DNA of 64,000 nt from Amphiscolops sp. MND2022 (GCA_964187785.1 OZ076409.1:29390001-29454000); one strand, 5' to 3'; positions 38,787 to 53,159 are shown, counted from the stretch's first letter. Program-made: numbers and translations. Notes: generated from the sequence alone by a model not told the origin.

Positions 38787-38880
38787 CGGAAATAAGGATA
38801 GGACTCAATAGAATGGCAATGAACAGCAATAGCAGCTGTTTTTGATAAGTTTTCAGTGATTCTTTCCAGCATTTCGCCAT
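38787..38880 (-). CDS. SLC13-like gene A exon 1 (start codon)
   Basis: GCCATGG context; MAKCWKESLKTYQKQLLLLFIAILLSPILIS then GTTAGT donor in phase 1, matching exon 2. Confidence 0.85.
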
Positions 38881-40183
38881 GGCCAGACTACCAAGAAGAA
38901 GATGATTGCGGATAATTTAATTGAAGAAGTAATTCAGGCCACCAATACTTCAATTTCACTTTTTAGTGCGGTGTATTCAATTTTAATATTTTTCAAATAC
39001 AAATATAAATAAATTCTTATTTTTGTAATAACGACCGGTTTAAGTTTTTACTCAAAAAGCAGAAGCATTTTTCCTTCTACTGAAAAAGAAGAATAGATGT
39101 CGATTAGTCAAAAAAGAAAAATGTTTACAGAATTTTGATCTTTTCCTGAGTCAAGTTTTGGACCTAGAAACTATTAGTCGGATTTTAAACTCCGACTAAG
39201 AGTCTACTATAGACCTATAGGTCTGTCTGGTCTCAAAGATTTTGTTTCAAGATCTTGTCACAGGTTTTTCTCAGGCCCAGATTTCAAAAATACAAGCGGT
39301 GGAAACCCAATGTCAACACTTTTTCCAAGATGTGCATTAATACTTTGCACATTAATAAAACCTTTTGCAGTCTTAATGTGAAGTACCTCAATGTGAATTC
39401 CCAACAGAAGCAGCAACTTTATCGAACGCTTGCTTCTGTCTCAATTATTGAGTTTCAGTCACGCTCAAGAATAATTCGAAGATGCTTTTGTGTCTCAATA
39501 AAACTTGGAATAAGTTTGACGACGAGCAAGCTCAAAAGATTAGTTATGATAATATCTCAAGTCGTTGAACAATTAAGAATCAAAATATTATTATGACACA
39601 CAAAGTGACACACGAAGTGACAATTACAACGTATGACCTTAACTAATATTGATGAATTTAAAGTGAAGATTTGATGTTATTGTTCGAACAGTTCACTCAC
39701 ATTACTCAACAAATGTGCAAATTGAGAATTTAGGGGCTCTTGCAAACGAATATTTTGAACTCTTAGCTTGCAATCAAACGTTTAAAAGAATCAAATGTTA
39801 TGATTGCTTTACTTTAATTAGATAGCAAAAGAAGTGTTTATTCAACTCTTTTGGTCTGCAAAACTTATGTCACAGTAAGTCGGAAGGATTGTAGATAACG
39901 AAAATAGATGTGCGTTGATCAATTGGTTGTCACGGTGCTTCAGTATCTCGGAACACATAAAAAGGTAAACGGATTGTAATTATAGTAACAATCAATTTTT
40001 AGTTACGAAATCACACAAACACGCTGAGAGAATTTGATGTCAGTTTTAAAAAGATGAACGATTGCAACGAGAACTCGTTTTGCAATTTTTGAGAGTCATG
40101 ACTAGATTAGAGCTACATCTTACATTTCTCGGAAAAATCAATGAAAAATTACTAGGAAAAAGTTGGAGGATGTGAGTGCAACG

Positions 40184-43100
40184 ATCCCCTCTTACCCCCG
40201 GTGGTCAAATCAGATGCAAGCCTATGAAGTCAATGAAAAACTCGTTCAAGCCAGAATGACGTCAGCGGCGAGCATGACTTGAGGATCAACTCCACCAAAA
40301 GAGCTCTGTCGTGATTTTCAAAGTCACTTCCTTCATCTTCTATTTCACCTTCCTCGCTTTCGGAGTCAGATTCGGTTCGCTGGTTTTGTACAATTTTCAG
40401 CTTTCCGTTTAATACATCTCTTAGAATCTCGTTCCATTGGATGTATTTGCCATCGACTCCCATGAGACAGTGTCGGTTTTTTGGGGTGATGGTATCTCCG
40501 ATCTTCGGCGCTATCTTTCTTTCTTTCTGAAATACAATTGGATCCGAAACAAATTTTCGTAGAATTATTTTCCCGGTATTAGTGGTTACGGTGTGTTCTG
40601 TGCTTTGTAGGTTTTTCTAAAATCTTCCTTCCAATGATTTTTTTTTCGAATAATTGAAAGGGGTATCTACCAACCGAATTTTTCTTCTTTGGTGATTTTT
40701 CGGCAAGTGTCTTTTCTTCCGTTTTTGTTCGGGCCATAACGAGGTGATTAGATACTTCTCCTTCACCATTTCTGGTCACATAGATCGGTATCTTTGGCCG
40801 GTTGTTTGATAAAACAGGTAATTCCGACCTATTTGAAAGGAAAGATTTTCCGTCCTTTGTTATATCTGTTTATTCGGTTCGTGGTTCCCGACCGTGATGT
40901 AATTCAAACGGTGTGGTCTTTATTCCCGTATGTATTGTGAACCGCAAAACATTCAGTGCTCTATTTACGCATTCGGTTAAACACGTGTTATCTTCCAAGA
41001 TTGCGATGATTAAGTTCTTTAATGTTTGTATTGCGCGTTCTACTGCTGCCAGACCGGTATGCATTCTCGGTGTGCTATATTCAATTTCAATGTTTTTTAT
41101 GTTGCAAAATTCCTTGTATTCTTTCGAAACGAACGCCCCCCACCTTTGTCCGTTTTTATTTTCTACGGTAATCCGTATAAATTGAAAAATTTTGTATCAA
41201 GAAGTTTAATACTTCCTTGGTTTCCGATGATTTGCAAATTTTTGCTGTTGACCAATAACTGAATCTATCTATTGCGATTAATCTTTGGTGTTCTCCGTTT
41301 AGTTTTTTGTTGTTTAGTTTACCGGAGAAATCAATTTGAATTTCCTGTCCCGGTTCCGCAATGTTTTTAGTTTTCCGAACCCGTTTTTCGGTAATTGATG
41401 TTTTAAATTCTTACCCGATGACATGCAGGCCACACAGTTTTTTGTTTTGTCCTCCATCTCTTTTTGCATGTTCGGCTACAAAAAATGTCCGAAATGTAGA
41501 GTGTCCAATAGTTTCTTTCGTAGTTCGGTCGGTACTACTATTCGGTCCTCATTAAATGTAAGCCCCCATTTGATATTCAACTTTTCGAATATTGTTCGGT
41601 ATTGATCCAGGGTCGTGTTTTTCTCGTCTCGTCGCATTGCATCCCGTACCTGGTTGAGTTCGGCTTCCGTTGATGATTTGGCGATCAGTGACTTTAGAGT
41701 ATAAAGTTGAGTTCAGACTTTTTGATGATGTCTTCGGTGTTCTTCTCGCCGGTGACTTTTCCAATGATCTGGATTTTTTGTATGAACTGAACTTCCTTTC
41801 CTTTCGTGTTATATGCCTTTAGATCGACGATGGGAAAGTTATCGCCCCGGGTTACTTGGCTTTCACCATCACTCTCTTGTTCGGTATCTTCGATAGTTTC
41901 CGGTTGCTGGGCTTCTTGCTCTTCTTCCACTCGTTCTTCGAGGGGTTGATATCCCCCGCCGAATCTATTTGCCCTTGATAGCAAATCAGTGTCGATCTCC
42001 GCAATTTCTTCGCGACTTCTCTTATTCGGTCTTGAAGGTACCCAAATCTGTCTTTGCGCGTTCATGACAAATTTTTGGCGCATTGTTCCGGCCCGGGAGA
42101 TTTCTAGTCGTCTTTGTTCGAGTCGGAGGGTTTCTGGTCTTTTTCTTCGTCTTGTTATTATCTCCATGATTTCAGCGTTTGCGCCGCAGTGGAAATAATC
42201 TCTGTCCATTTGGACGAGTCGATCTAACCATCTAGTTAGACTTGCGCTGTATTGTTTATTACACCGGTTTTTCAATGAAGGGTTCAAGTGCTTGGTTGTC
42301 GGTATACAAAAAGACTTTCTTTCCGTATAAATAAAATCGGAATTTTTCTAATCCCCAAACAACTGCGAGTAATTCTAATTCTCCGATTGAGTATTTCTTT
42401 TCGCTATTGTTCAGGTATCTGCTACCGAATGCTCTCGGTTTTTTTTCTCCATCCGACTGTTTCTGCCATAAAGTTATTCCGAGTCCGGTTTTACTGGCGT
42501 CGGTTGTAACAATGTTTTCTCTGTCCTTCGCGTAGTGGGCTAAACAAGGTTCTTCGGTTAACATTTCTTTTATGTTGTTGAAGTCCTCGTCTTGTTCTTT
42601 CCTCCCGTTCCATACCGAGTCCTTTTTTAGGAGTCTTCGGAGTTTTTCTGTTTTTTTTTCCGATAATCTCGGTAAAAACCTTGCAAGGTATTGTATTCCA
42701 CCGAGGAATGACTTCAGTTGTTTTTGGTTTTCTGGATGTTTCAGATCCAAAATGGCTTTCACTTTTTCTTAGTTCGGTTTAATTCCCGTCTCATCAATTT
42801 CATGTTTGAGCCACGGTGTTCTATTTAGGATAAATTCGGATTTTCTTTCGTTTGCTCGGTGTCCGGCGTCTTCTAATTTCTTTAATACATCGAACAGTTT
42901 GTTTTCGTGTTCTTTTCGGTACCCTCTAGTTACCACTATTATATCGTCAAGCCATGCCGGTGTAGAGTATTCTAGAGTCCGGTCAATTTTTTTTGGAATT
43001 TTGTTGGGATATCGGCATGTCCGTAGAAACCCTTTTTTAATCGATAAAATCCGCTGAACTTCCCTCCGGTTATTGCAAATACACATTGTCGGCTTGTTTC

Positions 43101-44034
43101 TTTTGATAATTTCATCTGACCGTATGCATAGTCGAGATCAGATTTGGACATCATTATTTCTTTCGTCCGGTCTCTTGTGATTTCTACCGAAACTTGGTTT
43201 AACAGTTCTTCCATATTCGGCATGTGTGGTCGGGTTTTTATACAGATGTCGTTCAGTTTTCTCGAACCTAATGCAATAGTTACCGACTTGTCGTTCTTTA
43301 CCGTAACTACCAGCGGTGAAACAAAACAGTCTTCATCAACGTGTTTTACTTTCTCCAAGTGTCCGGTTTTTATTATTTTTTCCAATTCTCTCCCGACGTC
43401 TTCTTGTAGATGTAGTGGGATCGGTCTTGCTTTTTGTTTCACCGGATAATGTCCCGGTTTTAATTGGATGTTGATCTTGGTATCTTTTATCGTGGTGTTA
43501 TTTTTAAATAGGTCCGGGAATCTTTCAATTATTCGTTTCTTTTCCAAATGGTTGCTGCCCTGTACTCGGATGTTTCCGATTGCTAAATTGAGGTTTTTTC
43601 ATCCAGTTCATTCCGAGTAACGGTGTAATGTAATCAGAATTTGCATTTTTTGTTTGTTGTTCTCGTATTCGATATCCGCCGGTATTTTTCCCCGGAATTT
43701 CACTTCATTTTTGTTCACGTCTTGGTATCGGTGTTTCTTTTTCTGTATTTCGGTTCGCTTCATTACATTTTCGTCTACGGGCATATTGAAATTGGTGATC
43801 CGGTATCCACTATGAATTCTTTTTCGATTCCGTTTACTTTCACTATTGTTGTTAGGTATTTGTTTCTGTCTGTAATTCTGTTTATTCTTTCGATTCTGGG
43901 TATACTCGTCTCTGATTCATCGGATTCTCCTCCAATTGCCTCTAATTCTTCTTCGGTAACATTACGTACTTTGCGTTTGTAGTTTTCTATTTGTTTGCAT
44001 ACGCGTGAGAAATGTCCTTTCTTCCCGCAGTTAA
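40184..44034 (-). mobile_element. Gypsy element C (zinc knuckle, PR, RT, RH, INT; decayed, 5' truncated); its 3' LTR probably lies below 40184
   Basis: CGKKGHFSRVC, IVDTGSPIS, DLDYAYGQ, WLDD, TTDASKTGLG, AVERAIQTLK; PPT-like GGGGGTAAGAGGGGA at ~40184-40199. Confidence 0.9.
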
Positions 44035-44326
44035 TGTCGTGATTTCTGTAAAAATGAGTCGCGTTGCATACTTGACTACCATCGGAGTCAAGGGAGCCCC
44101 AGGATTTCAGCTGTGGATTTCTGTCTAATTATCATTGTGTTATAATGATAAATAACGGATGTTGCAATGATATGAGCTCCTGGGCTACCAATGGCGATTT
44201 CTGATCATTTCCTGGTCAGTTTGGAAATGAACATAGTTGATTTTGGCCCTGTTTCCGTGAGCTATTACAACGGTGACTGTGGGAAATACCCGGTACTATT
44301 AGCTGTTACAGATAGGGATCGTGACA
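44035..44326 (-). mobile_element. 3' LTR (~290 bp) of another LTR element inserted into the gag of element C
   Basis: Minus strand TGTCACGA...TCACGACA, preceded by CTCGCTGGGGTG; it cuts the zinc knuckle of element C. Confidence 0.55.
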
Positions 44327-46624
44327 ACACCCCAGCGAGGTAAAATTGACCTGTTTGCAGACGAGAGCCCGTCCAGTACAAAATTCCCTATTTCTTCAGG
44401 TTCCTCCCACTAGTGTTTCAATTTAAGCCACATCACAGCTTTCCGTTGCAGTACATCAATGCATGCTCTTAAGCTGAAACTACTCCTTCGAACCGCAGAA
44501 ACAATATGACTGTAAACTCGATGGATGCCTCAGTGGAGAGAATGTATCAATGATTTCGGTTCAATCGTCATATTTGAGCTGATTTGTAAATAGTAGATGA
44601 CAAATTTGTTAAGAAAAAGACGTAATTAAATAAAGTTTATTTCCCCAATTCCGCGGGGTGGACGCCGAATAAGCAGTTCTGCTTTTCTAAGTCGGTGCCC
44701 TTTCGGATACGCTATAGCAAGCTATTGCACCCTAATCTCCCTATAGCAAGCTCTGGTACCATATTTGCAGCCGAATGGTCAAGCAACGGTGGACTTGAAG
44801 CTGTGGTTTCAAAGTGACTTGCTCACGGTCACAAAGGTCTGACTGCTCACCACTGTTTTTTTGTTTTGCTTTTCTCCGCCAAATGCGTTATTTTTTGTCA
44901 CTGACCATACCACTAAAATTGTTTTTTGATTGCATCAAGCAAAAAACTTCAGTTCTGAGGCAGGACACAAACCTTCATAATTTCCAGTTTGTGTCGTTTT
45001 TTATTGAATTTGTGTACAAATGTTGGGGATTTGGTGACTTACATGGTCAAAAATTTTCAGTTTGTTGGAAACAATTGTACCTTGGGAAGTCCCAAATAGT
45101 CTAAAACTTTTAGGCAACTTTTTGAAATGTTTTCAATGAAATGTGTGTAAAGGAATGATGAAACCGTTTAACACCGACTAAAACCGGTTACATGAAAAGC
45201 TTTTTCCAGGCGCTCGAGACAAATATGAACAATCCACCCGCATGAAACTACCCAAACCATAACAGCTACATACCTAATGACTGGAAGAACGTGCAAAAAC
45301 AAAAGAGTAATAGATTCAAATACGTGTAACATGTCTAGGACGAAGCTCCATTAGAAACTAAGACCACGGACACAAAAAGATAAATTGCCCGCTGAAACGT
45401 TGTTTTTGAGTTTTTGGGGATTGTCACTGTACTTTTTTGACTCTAAATGCTACAAATACCGACCATGAAGCTCACAGAATCAGCATTTCAGCAGTCTCTA
45501 AGAACGTGTAAGAAACAAGTTTGGTTGGACTGGTTACTGGGTAAGAAGCAGGTACTGAGATCACAGAAAAAATTAACAATCACAAGAAGACAAGGATTTG
45601 GAATCAGAATATAACGATAAAATCAGGAGGATTATGTCCTTCCTGCAGGTGACTATTTAGCAGAAAACGTTATGCAAAGATTAAAAGCAAATATTTAGGA
45701 AATGCCATCCGGATGTTAACATGGTTTTGGTTTGTTAAAATGTTTTCTGCAATCTTTCATGTTTTTCTCATTACGATACATATGCCGCAAAAGTGGAATT
45801 TATCATCAAGTGTAAACTGTATTTTACCGTAAAATGAGAGCGAACCGTATTCTAGTCAAACAGTGCACCGTGTTCATCATGGATTGTGATGCACAGTGTC
45901 ATCCGAAATTGCGGATTGTGATCATTGAGCGTACGTAATTAGAGAAAAGTGGAAACCAGTCACATTTTGGTACACACCGTGAGTAAAAATAACTCCAAAC
46001 GATGCTTCCATTAAAGTGTGAAGTGAAAACCAGTCAAAGTACGTAATTAATTGTAGAGAGTGTAAAGTAGTCATTTACTGTATTTTGATCACTACACGTA
46101 ACGCCAAATCACACAGTGTAACGAACAAAACTCCAACCGCGTATCTGAAATAAGAACGCGTTTTTATTGGCTGTTAATCGAACTAGCAAGATCTAGTTCG
46201 TTGCGGCATATGTATCGTAATGCTTCAGTTCGTGTTTTTGCCTGTTTATTATTGCTTGTTCGGCACCTTGTATTGAACGTTCTTGCAACCAGGTTGGAAA
46301 TTTCGTTCTTCAAAAAAGTTTTCATCCAAGTTTGGATGGTCGTTGAAATTTGATTATCGCAGTATCTTGAAAAAAAGAAACGAAAAAATATTTGATTGGA
46401 ATCATTTTATCAGAACCGATAATGCATATAAATTGAAATAAAAGAAACCATTCTGGACAGGAAAAGAGACTTGAGGGTCTAAAACGAAGTTCACCAAGAA
46501 TGTGCCACGTAATAGGTGGGTTTTTGCCAAAAGGGTTACGTAAAGGAGTCATAGCGTCAATACCTTTAAGAAAAGTTCATGAGAAAGATCGCTATTTGTG
46601 ACTAATTAAACCATTGTTTTCCTA

Positions 46625-49600
46625 TTGTTATCTTCCGCCCATAATTCATTTAAATCAAACCGCCCCATTTAAATCAAACGGTTTTTTTACAAAATTTGCC
46701 AAGCACCAAAATTTATATTTAACTTTAAGGGTGTTACCCATCGAATTTATTACCATCGTGCGATTTGTATTTATGGAGATTTCTGCACTTTTTTAGTTGA
46801 CCCCAAGGACCCCAGAATGACCCAAAAAAAACCCAAAAAAGAGTAAAAACAGCAAAAAAATCCAATTTTTTAACGTTTTAATGCAATTTCTGTCAATTTT
46901 GCGATAGATGTCAGGGATTAGAATGTTGAAGAGGTTCAACGAGGCAAGATTTCGTTGTCCAGTAGTCGTTTATGAAGAGATAAATGTTTTTTTTTGGAAA
47001 GAAAAAGACCCAAAAATGACAAAACCAAAATTTTACTGATTTTTAACGTTTTTATGCAGTTTTTGTCAAATTTGTGATAGACTTCGTGGATTAGAATGTT
47101 GAAAATGCTCAGAATGGCACTAATTCGCAGTCCAGTAGGTTTTTCCGAAAACATAACTGCTGTTTTCTGAATGAAAAAATCTCAAGTTGACACAGAAAAT
47201 GACAAAGTTCCCAAAATTTTCCCAATTTTCAAAGTTTTTATGCTATTTTTTGTTAAAGTTTCGACAGACTTCGTTGATTGGAATGTTTTAAAGGGTCAAC
47301 AAGGAAAAAATTGAATGTACAGTAGTCTTTTATGAAGAGATAATTGCAATGTTTTAAATGAAAATGTATCAAATTGACACCGAAAATGACAAAAAACCCA
47401 AAATTTTCCAACATTCAAAGTTTTAATGCATTTTTTGTTAAGATTTCGACAGACTTTGTCAGCTGGAAAGTTGAAAAGGGTCAAAAAAGAACAAAATAAA
47501 ACAAAATTTTCTAAAGATGAAAGATTTTATGCTTTTTTCCGAAACTTTCGACGGACTTTGTGGACTGGAATATTGGAAAGGGTCAACAAAGACGGACTAT
47601 ATTGCCCAGTAGGCTTTTCCGAAAAATACACTGCAGTTTTCTTTGTGAAAATGACTCAAATTGACACCGAAAACGACAAAAAAACCAAAAGTTTTCCAAT
47701 TTTCAAAGTTTTTATGAATTTTTTGTTACGATTTCGACAGACTTCGTCAGCTGGAAAGTTGAAGAGGGTCAAAAATGAAAGATTGTGTATTCCAGTACGC
47801 TTAGAAAAGAGGAATGCAGTTTTTGAAACAAAAACTGTCCGGAATTGACATCGCAAAAGACAAATTTCAAAAATTTTTCGATTTTCACTGTTTTGATTTA
47901 ATTTTTGTCGAATTGTCGATAGACTTCGTGGATTAGAATGTTAAAACGCCTATAGAATGTGCAAACTTGTTGTTTCGGCGAGCTTTTGTCACGAGATCAG
48001 TTCAACATGTAAAGCCGAAATGCCTCAAACTGACCCTGAACTGTCGAAAAATTTGAAGTTTCTGTAGTTTTTGATGCATTTTGTGTACATTTTCTAAAGA
48101 ATATGTTCGAAGATCCAACGCAATCAACTCAACAACAAAAGAACGAGCTTTGCATTACATTTTTTGAAGAGAACGTTGCAGCGTTTTGCTTCAAAAACAC
48201 ATCAGAATGACTCCAAAGGAGTCAAAAAATTTCGTCATCTTCGTTTTTGTGCAACTTGTGTACTTTTTGAATCGTTTTGAAGTCAGAATGTTGGCAAACG
48301 TTCAACAAAGGCTTAATTCATAATCCAGTAGCCCTTTAAAGGAAAAATTGCAGGCTTCTGTTGGACAATAGCTCAAAATTGACCGCGGAAAGTCAAAAAA
48401 GTCGAAATTTTTGTTGATTTCCGACATTTTCAGAGTGAATTTTAATAGAACATTTTTGAGATTAGTAAATTTCGGTAAAATAAACGCTTCGGAAAGCTGC
48501 AGATGATGAAACAAGTTCCGAAGCACGTCTTCCAAAAAAATTGCCTAATTTATGGTCGAAAGTTTCCTCAGAACGATCCAAGTATTGGAAAAACTGAGAA
48601 ATTTAGGTATCTCAAGTAGGCATTTTTGAAGAGATGAATGCACTTGTTTGGAATTGGGTTTAAAACACACAAAAATCCATGAAAGAACAAAAGATCACGT
48701 TGTTTGGCAAAGTAATCCCAATTATTGTTCAAATCACGAAGGTTTTTGATGAATAGAACTTCCAATGACCATAACGTTGGAAAAAGAAGGTATTCAAAAC
48801 GCAAGTGGGGAAAAAGTGACATCTAGTTTATAACAAAGATGTCAAAAATTCCGATTTTTCTTTGTTTTCGACAATATAGTCCCAATTTTGGACCCTTTCC
48901 GATAACTTACTCCGAGCAAAAAGACCATAGGCTCAAGATTGAAACGTTTAGCTACCGGTAGTGCTTCGAAAAGATATCAGACAAGTTTTTTTACCCAACT
49001 TTCAAAAACTTTACTTGAAAACGTAAATTTCGACCTCATTTATCTAATATTTAATATTGGAAAAGCTCCAGGCAAAATTACTAGATATTGAGTAAACCTT
49101 CCAAAGGAAGATGTTTCGAGCTATTTCGTGTGTGAGATTGGTGTAAACAGCTAAATTGGTGTCCAGTAGCCTTAATTTTGAAGAGGCATCTGTAAATTCA
49201 TGTTACAAAAATTCCCTAAATTGACCCCAAAGTTATCAAAACTGTTACAAATTTTTGACACTTCTGGTGAAACTATGTGCAATATTTTAACAAAGCGGGA
49301 TCGCCCAACTTTCCCAAATTGGTGTCCACTAGGCTTAATTTTGAAAAGACTTCTGTAGATTCATGTTAGAAAAGTTCCTTAAATTGACCCAAACCCAAAA
49401 TTGTCAAAACTATTACAAATTTTTGACACTTCTGGTGAAACTATGTGCAATATTATAACAATGCGGGATCGCCCAACTTTCCTAAATTTGCAAAGGACCT
49501 GGTTTAAAGCTTTTGCCATTTTCTCAGTGCTGAAAATTAGTTCAAAACATACGCCTGAGTCTAGAAAACAACTGTTCACCCAACAGTAATCACAAGAAAA

Positions 49601-50147
49601 TCCAATATTTTGAATTTTTTCCTGTGAAGTTATATGATGGCGAAACGGAAACGAGTTTCTGCTCGCAAAACTAGTTTTCTCCAGCCAAAATCAGCTATGA
49701 AAGCAAGGAGGTACTCTTTGACCAAATGAAAGTTTCGGAAAGAAATACAGAGTCGAAAAACTGAAATGAGGTAATTTCCACAATCAAGAAGAAACCTCGT
49801 CAGTTCCATATGATCAAATGTAACAAAAAAAGTCACCCTCAAGACTCGGGACACCTATTCTTATCACAGAAAACATGACAAACTAAAAACTGCAAAAAAA
49901 GTTTTTCAAAATTTTTCTCTTTTTTGTGGTGAGTCAGATAGTGCCAAAAAAAAGGAAATTGGCCAGCCATCGCCGAATTTATAAATCAGGGGTTTCCTTT
50001 AAAATGGGCTAAAATGAATCAAAGATTTTCTTTCTTCGAACTTCTTTGCGTTTTTATAGTGCATTGGCTGTTCTTGAGCCTCGAATTTATTTACTTGTAG
50101 AACAGTTTGGGGCGGAAAATATCTCGCTGCTCAGCGGGCGACTTGTT
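46625..50147 (+). repeat. AT-rich interspersed repeat, copy 2
   Basis: Same ends and internal tandem units as copy 1. Confidence 0.7.
49153..49487. repeat. Tandem duplication of ~165 bp
   Basis: AAATTGGTGTCCA..GGGATCGCCCAACTTTCC occurs twice in tandem. Confidence 0.85.
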
Positions 50148-50183
50148 ATATAGCTAATTAAATTCGATAACGTTTCATGAAAA

Positions 50184-50299
50184 ATAAGACGCCCGCTGAG
50201 CATCGGGATGTTTTCCGCTAAAATTGTAACGAATCAGAACGGGTTCGAACCCACGACCTCGTGTCTGCCAGGCAGACACACTACCAACTCAGCCAAAGT
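50184..50299 (-). mobile_element. tRNA-derived SINE-like short element
   Basis: Minus strand A box TGGCTGAGTTGG and B box GGTTCGAACCC, no acceptor stem, followed by the GCGGAAAA..GCTCAGCGGGCGTCTT tail. Confidence 0.6.
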
Positions 50300-50960
50300 A
50301 ACTAAATTAGGTACTAACTGAAGTGGATGGAGATCGTGGAGATTTGGCAGAATTGGTAAACAAACGCAACACAGATTATAATTTTCCTCCCCCATTCACA
50401 AATAAATTTGTGGGGGCGGAAAATAACAAATATAACTATTGTCTTTACATGCTACATCTGTTGAATCCAAAATTGTTTCGATGAAGGAACGGTTAACGTA
50501 GACGAATGAGACCATCAGAAAAGTCGGCGCTGGAAAATTCGCGTACTGATTTCCAGCGCATGGGATCGGAAAAAAATAATTTGTGAACTTAATGAAAACT
50601 CTTTCCATCCTGTTAATAGTATTATTTTACCAATTTAATGAAAAGGTCAGGAAGAATGTTCAAAAAGTCCGACAAAAATGTCGGTGAGTCGAATCGAACA
50701 TTTTCAAAGAAGCAACCGCGTACCTATTGAAAGAAATATGAGCTCAAAAATGAAAACATTGGTAAATTTCACAAAATTGAGACAGGAAATATCGAATCTA
50801 CTCTATGCAAATTAGATTCCAGTAAGGTTAGTTTCGCTCGGCTAAAATGACATTTTTTTATGAATGTGAGAATGATGAAACGAAGCGAGTTTTTTGTTTA
50901 CATAAACTTTGTAATAAAGTCTAGTGGAATGCCCAGAAAAGATTTGTTTTCATTGTGCAT

Positions 50961-51118
50961 TCAGCTGTTGTGAGCTGCAGTTGGGTATTGCCAATTAGGT
51001 GTTTGACTCATGTGGAATATGACGTCACCCCAAGTACAAGCCCATATTGTGGCGATGAGGAAACAGCCCAAATTGAGAACCACTCCCGTGAGAACCATGT
51101 CTTTCACCCGCAGCGTTC
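50961..51118 (-). CDS. SLC13-like gene B, last coding exon
   Basis: Phase 1; GTLRVKDMVLTGVVLNL..TWGDVIF..PNW..stop. Confidence 0.92.
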
Positions 51119-51536
51119 CTAGGGCATGAAACGTTTTTGACCTTTCAAAGAAGACAAGGATGGAAAACCCAAGACAGAACAAATGGTCAAAAGTAGTGGG
51201 AGTCTTTGCTTAAAACAGTTTTATTCAAGAGCTTGTAGTCAAAAACGGTAGAATTGGATTTCCTAAAAGTTTCTTTTTCATTGGCAAAGAGTAAGCTACA
51301 ACATATTCATTTCCTCGATAAGGGCAACACTCTTATATGAACACTCTTATAAGTATCAATAGAGGTAACTTTCAATTATGTATCAATGTGAAAAAAATGG
51401 ACGTACATTTTTCTGCAAGCGCTAATGGAATGATATCGATCTAAAGATAAAATACTACCATAAAAGATTCTTTTCCGAAAACCTTGTCAGTAATTATTTT
51501 TTTCTCAGCCAAATTACCAAAAAAAATGTTAACTAC

Positions 51537-51719
51537 CTTCGCTAAAAGCTACAGCGTTGGGAACAGTAGCCACGGGTAAGCAGAAAGCAAAGGAACATGC
51601 GATGGTCGAGGGTAGAAGCAGAAAGAGAGGATTCACGTGAATAGCATCTGCCAGGGAACACAGAATGGGCTGAATGATTGTGGCTGTGGAGGTATTGCTG
51701 ATGAACTCAGTCAAAAAAC
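51537..51719 (-). CDS. SLC13-like gene B, penultimate exon
   Basis: LTEFISNTSTATI (second SNT motif) and SFAFCLPVATVPNA; phase 1 to 1. Confidence 0.93.
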
Positions 51720-51943
51720 CTGTGAACAAGAAAATCGTGTCCCGATGCTGTAATGCAAAAACTCTGAAGGGTTTTGCTATGCTAAGCTCACTTTTTCTAA
51801 ATGTAAGAACGTATTATTATATTAATATATGCGAGGCGTTTTAAAAGTACTTTCATGAAAAACAGCTTTTTCAAAAACGCAAAACACAATTATTATGAAT
51901 CGGAATCAAAAAATAATTTTACTGCAATTTGGGAGGCACTCAC

Positions 51944-52116
51944 CTACGAATGTGATGATTATGAAGAGCATAAATTCTTTTTGTATGCCTTCCAGTTTCA
52001 TGAACAGATCCACAAGGGTGACATCTAATTGAGATTGTTTCACCCCAAATGCAACCGCAAGGCCCCCTCCGAGAAGAATGGGCAAACTCCACACTAACTT
52101 CTTTTGAACCAAGTCC
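51944..52116 (-). CDS. SLC13-like gene B exon
   Basis: Phase 2 to 1; DLVQKKLVWSLPILLGGGLAVA. Confidence 0.92.
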
Positions 52117-53159
52117 CTGCAACAGTTCTACTGTTTGATTTTTTTTCGAAGTCAGCTGCTTTTCCAAATTCAGTCATGATCATACAACAGAATTTCTTCC
52201 AACAATGACTTCAAAAAATGAATACCAGTAACAATCACTTCGCGGGTTCTCGACCGTTCCAAATGAAGTGAATAGAGAAAGAAACCCACTAAAATTCTTT
52301 TGAATTGACGCTTTTGGAAATTTTCTTCCTAGATAATAAATAGGTCTGATTGTAAAAATCGAAGCTTTTAGTAACTCAAAGCCGAAAACGCCTACAGCAA
52401 GGTCAAACAGATTCTTTGTTTTCGATACACAAATAGTCCCAATATAAAAACATGATTTTGAAGAATTTGAAGATTTTGATCTACTTAATCAAATTAACTA
52501 CCCGACGCCGTTAAATCAGTTTAAATTTAAAATTTTAAAATCAGTTAAACCCGACGCCCCCATTTTGCACTGTATAGGTCAACAGCGAGCAAAACTATAA
52601 TTTATATTGAATGATGAGAATGCTTTACCACTTAATTGCAATGAGATTTATTATTTTCCGTCCATATTTCATATGGAAAGGAAAACATATAAATCAAACG
52701 TTTTTTTACAAAATTTGAAAAGCACCAAAATTTTATCCAAGCTAAAGAATTTCACCCAATAGAATTCAACTGACGTAAAATTAGTATCATGCGGTATGTA
52801 ATTGTAGAGATTTTAAAACTTTTTTGGTTGACCCCAAAGACCCCAAAATGACACAAAAATGTTGCCAGAAATAGAAAAAACAGCAATTCTTAACGTTTTT
52901 ATGACAAATTGTCATATCGTGACGTCAAATTGTCAATTATGACGTTTTGTCAAATTCTGATATATATCGTGGATTAAAATGTTGAAAATATTCAACAAGG
53001 CAAGCATTCGTTTTCCAGTAGTTGTTTATGATGAGATAAATTCGGTTTTTTGAAAAGAAAAAGACCCAAAATTACCCCAAAAATTACAAAAAGTCCAAAA
53101 TTTCTTGATTTTCAACGTTTTCATGCTATTTTTGTCAGGTATTTGATACACTTGATAGC

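Noticed and set aside
39256..40183. Exact 3' LTR limits for Gypsy C
   Set aside because: A PPT is visible, but no clean TG..CA pair or second copy fixes the ends.
44850..46200. Possible DNA-transposase relic
   Set aside because: No motif, TIR or TSD that I could support.
46800..48500. Regularly recurring motif that could suggest a CRISPR array
   Set aside because: Whole ~135-bp units are degenerate copies with no unique spacers; eukaryotic context and no cas genes.
50234..50299. tRNA gene
   Set aside because: A and B boxes are present but there is no acceptor-stem pairing; treated as a SINE-like head.
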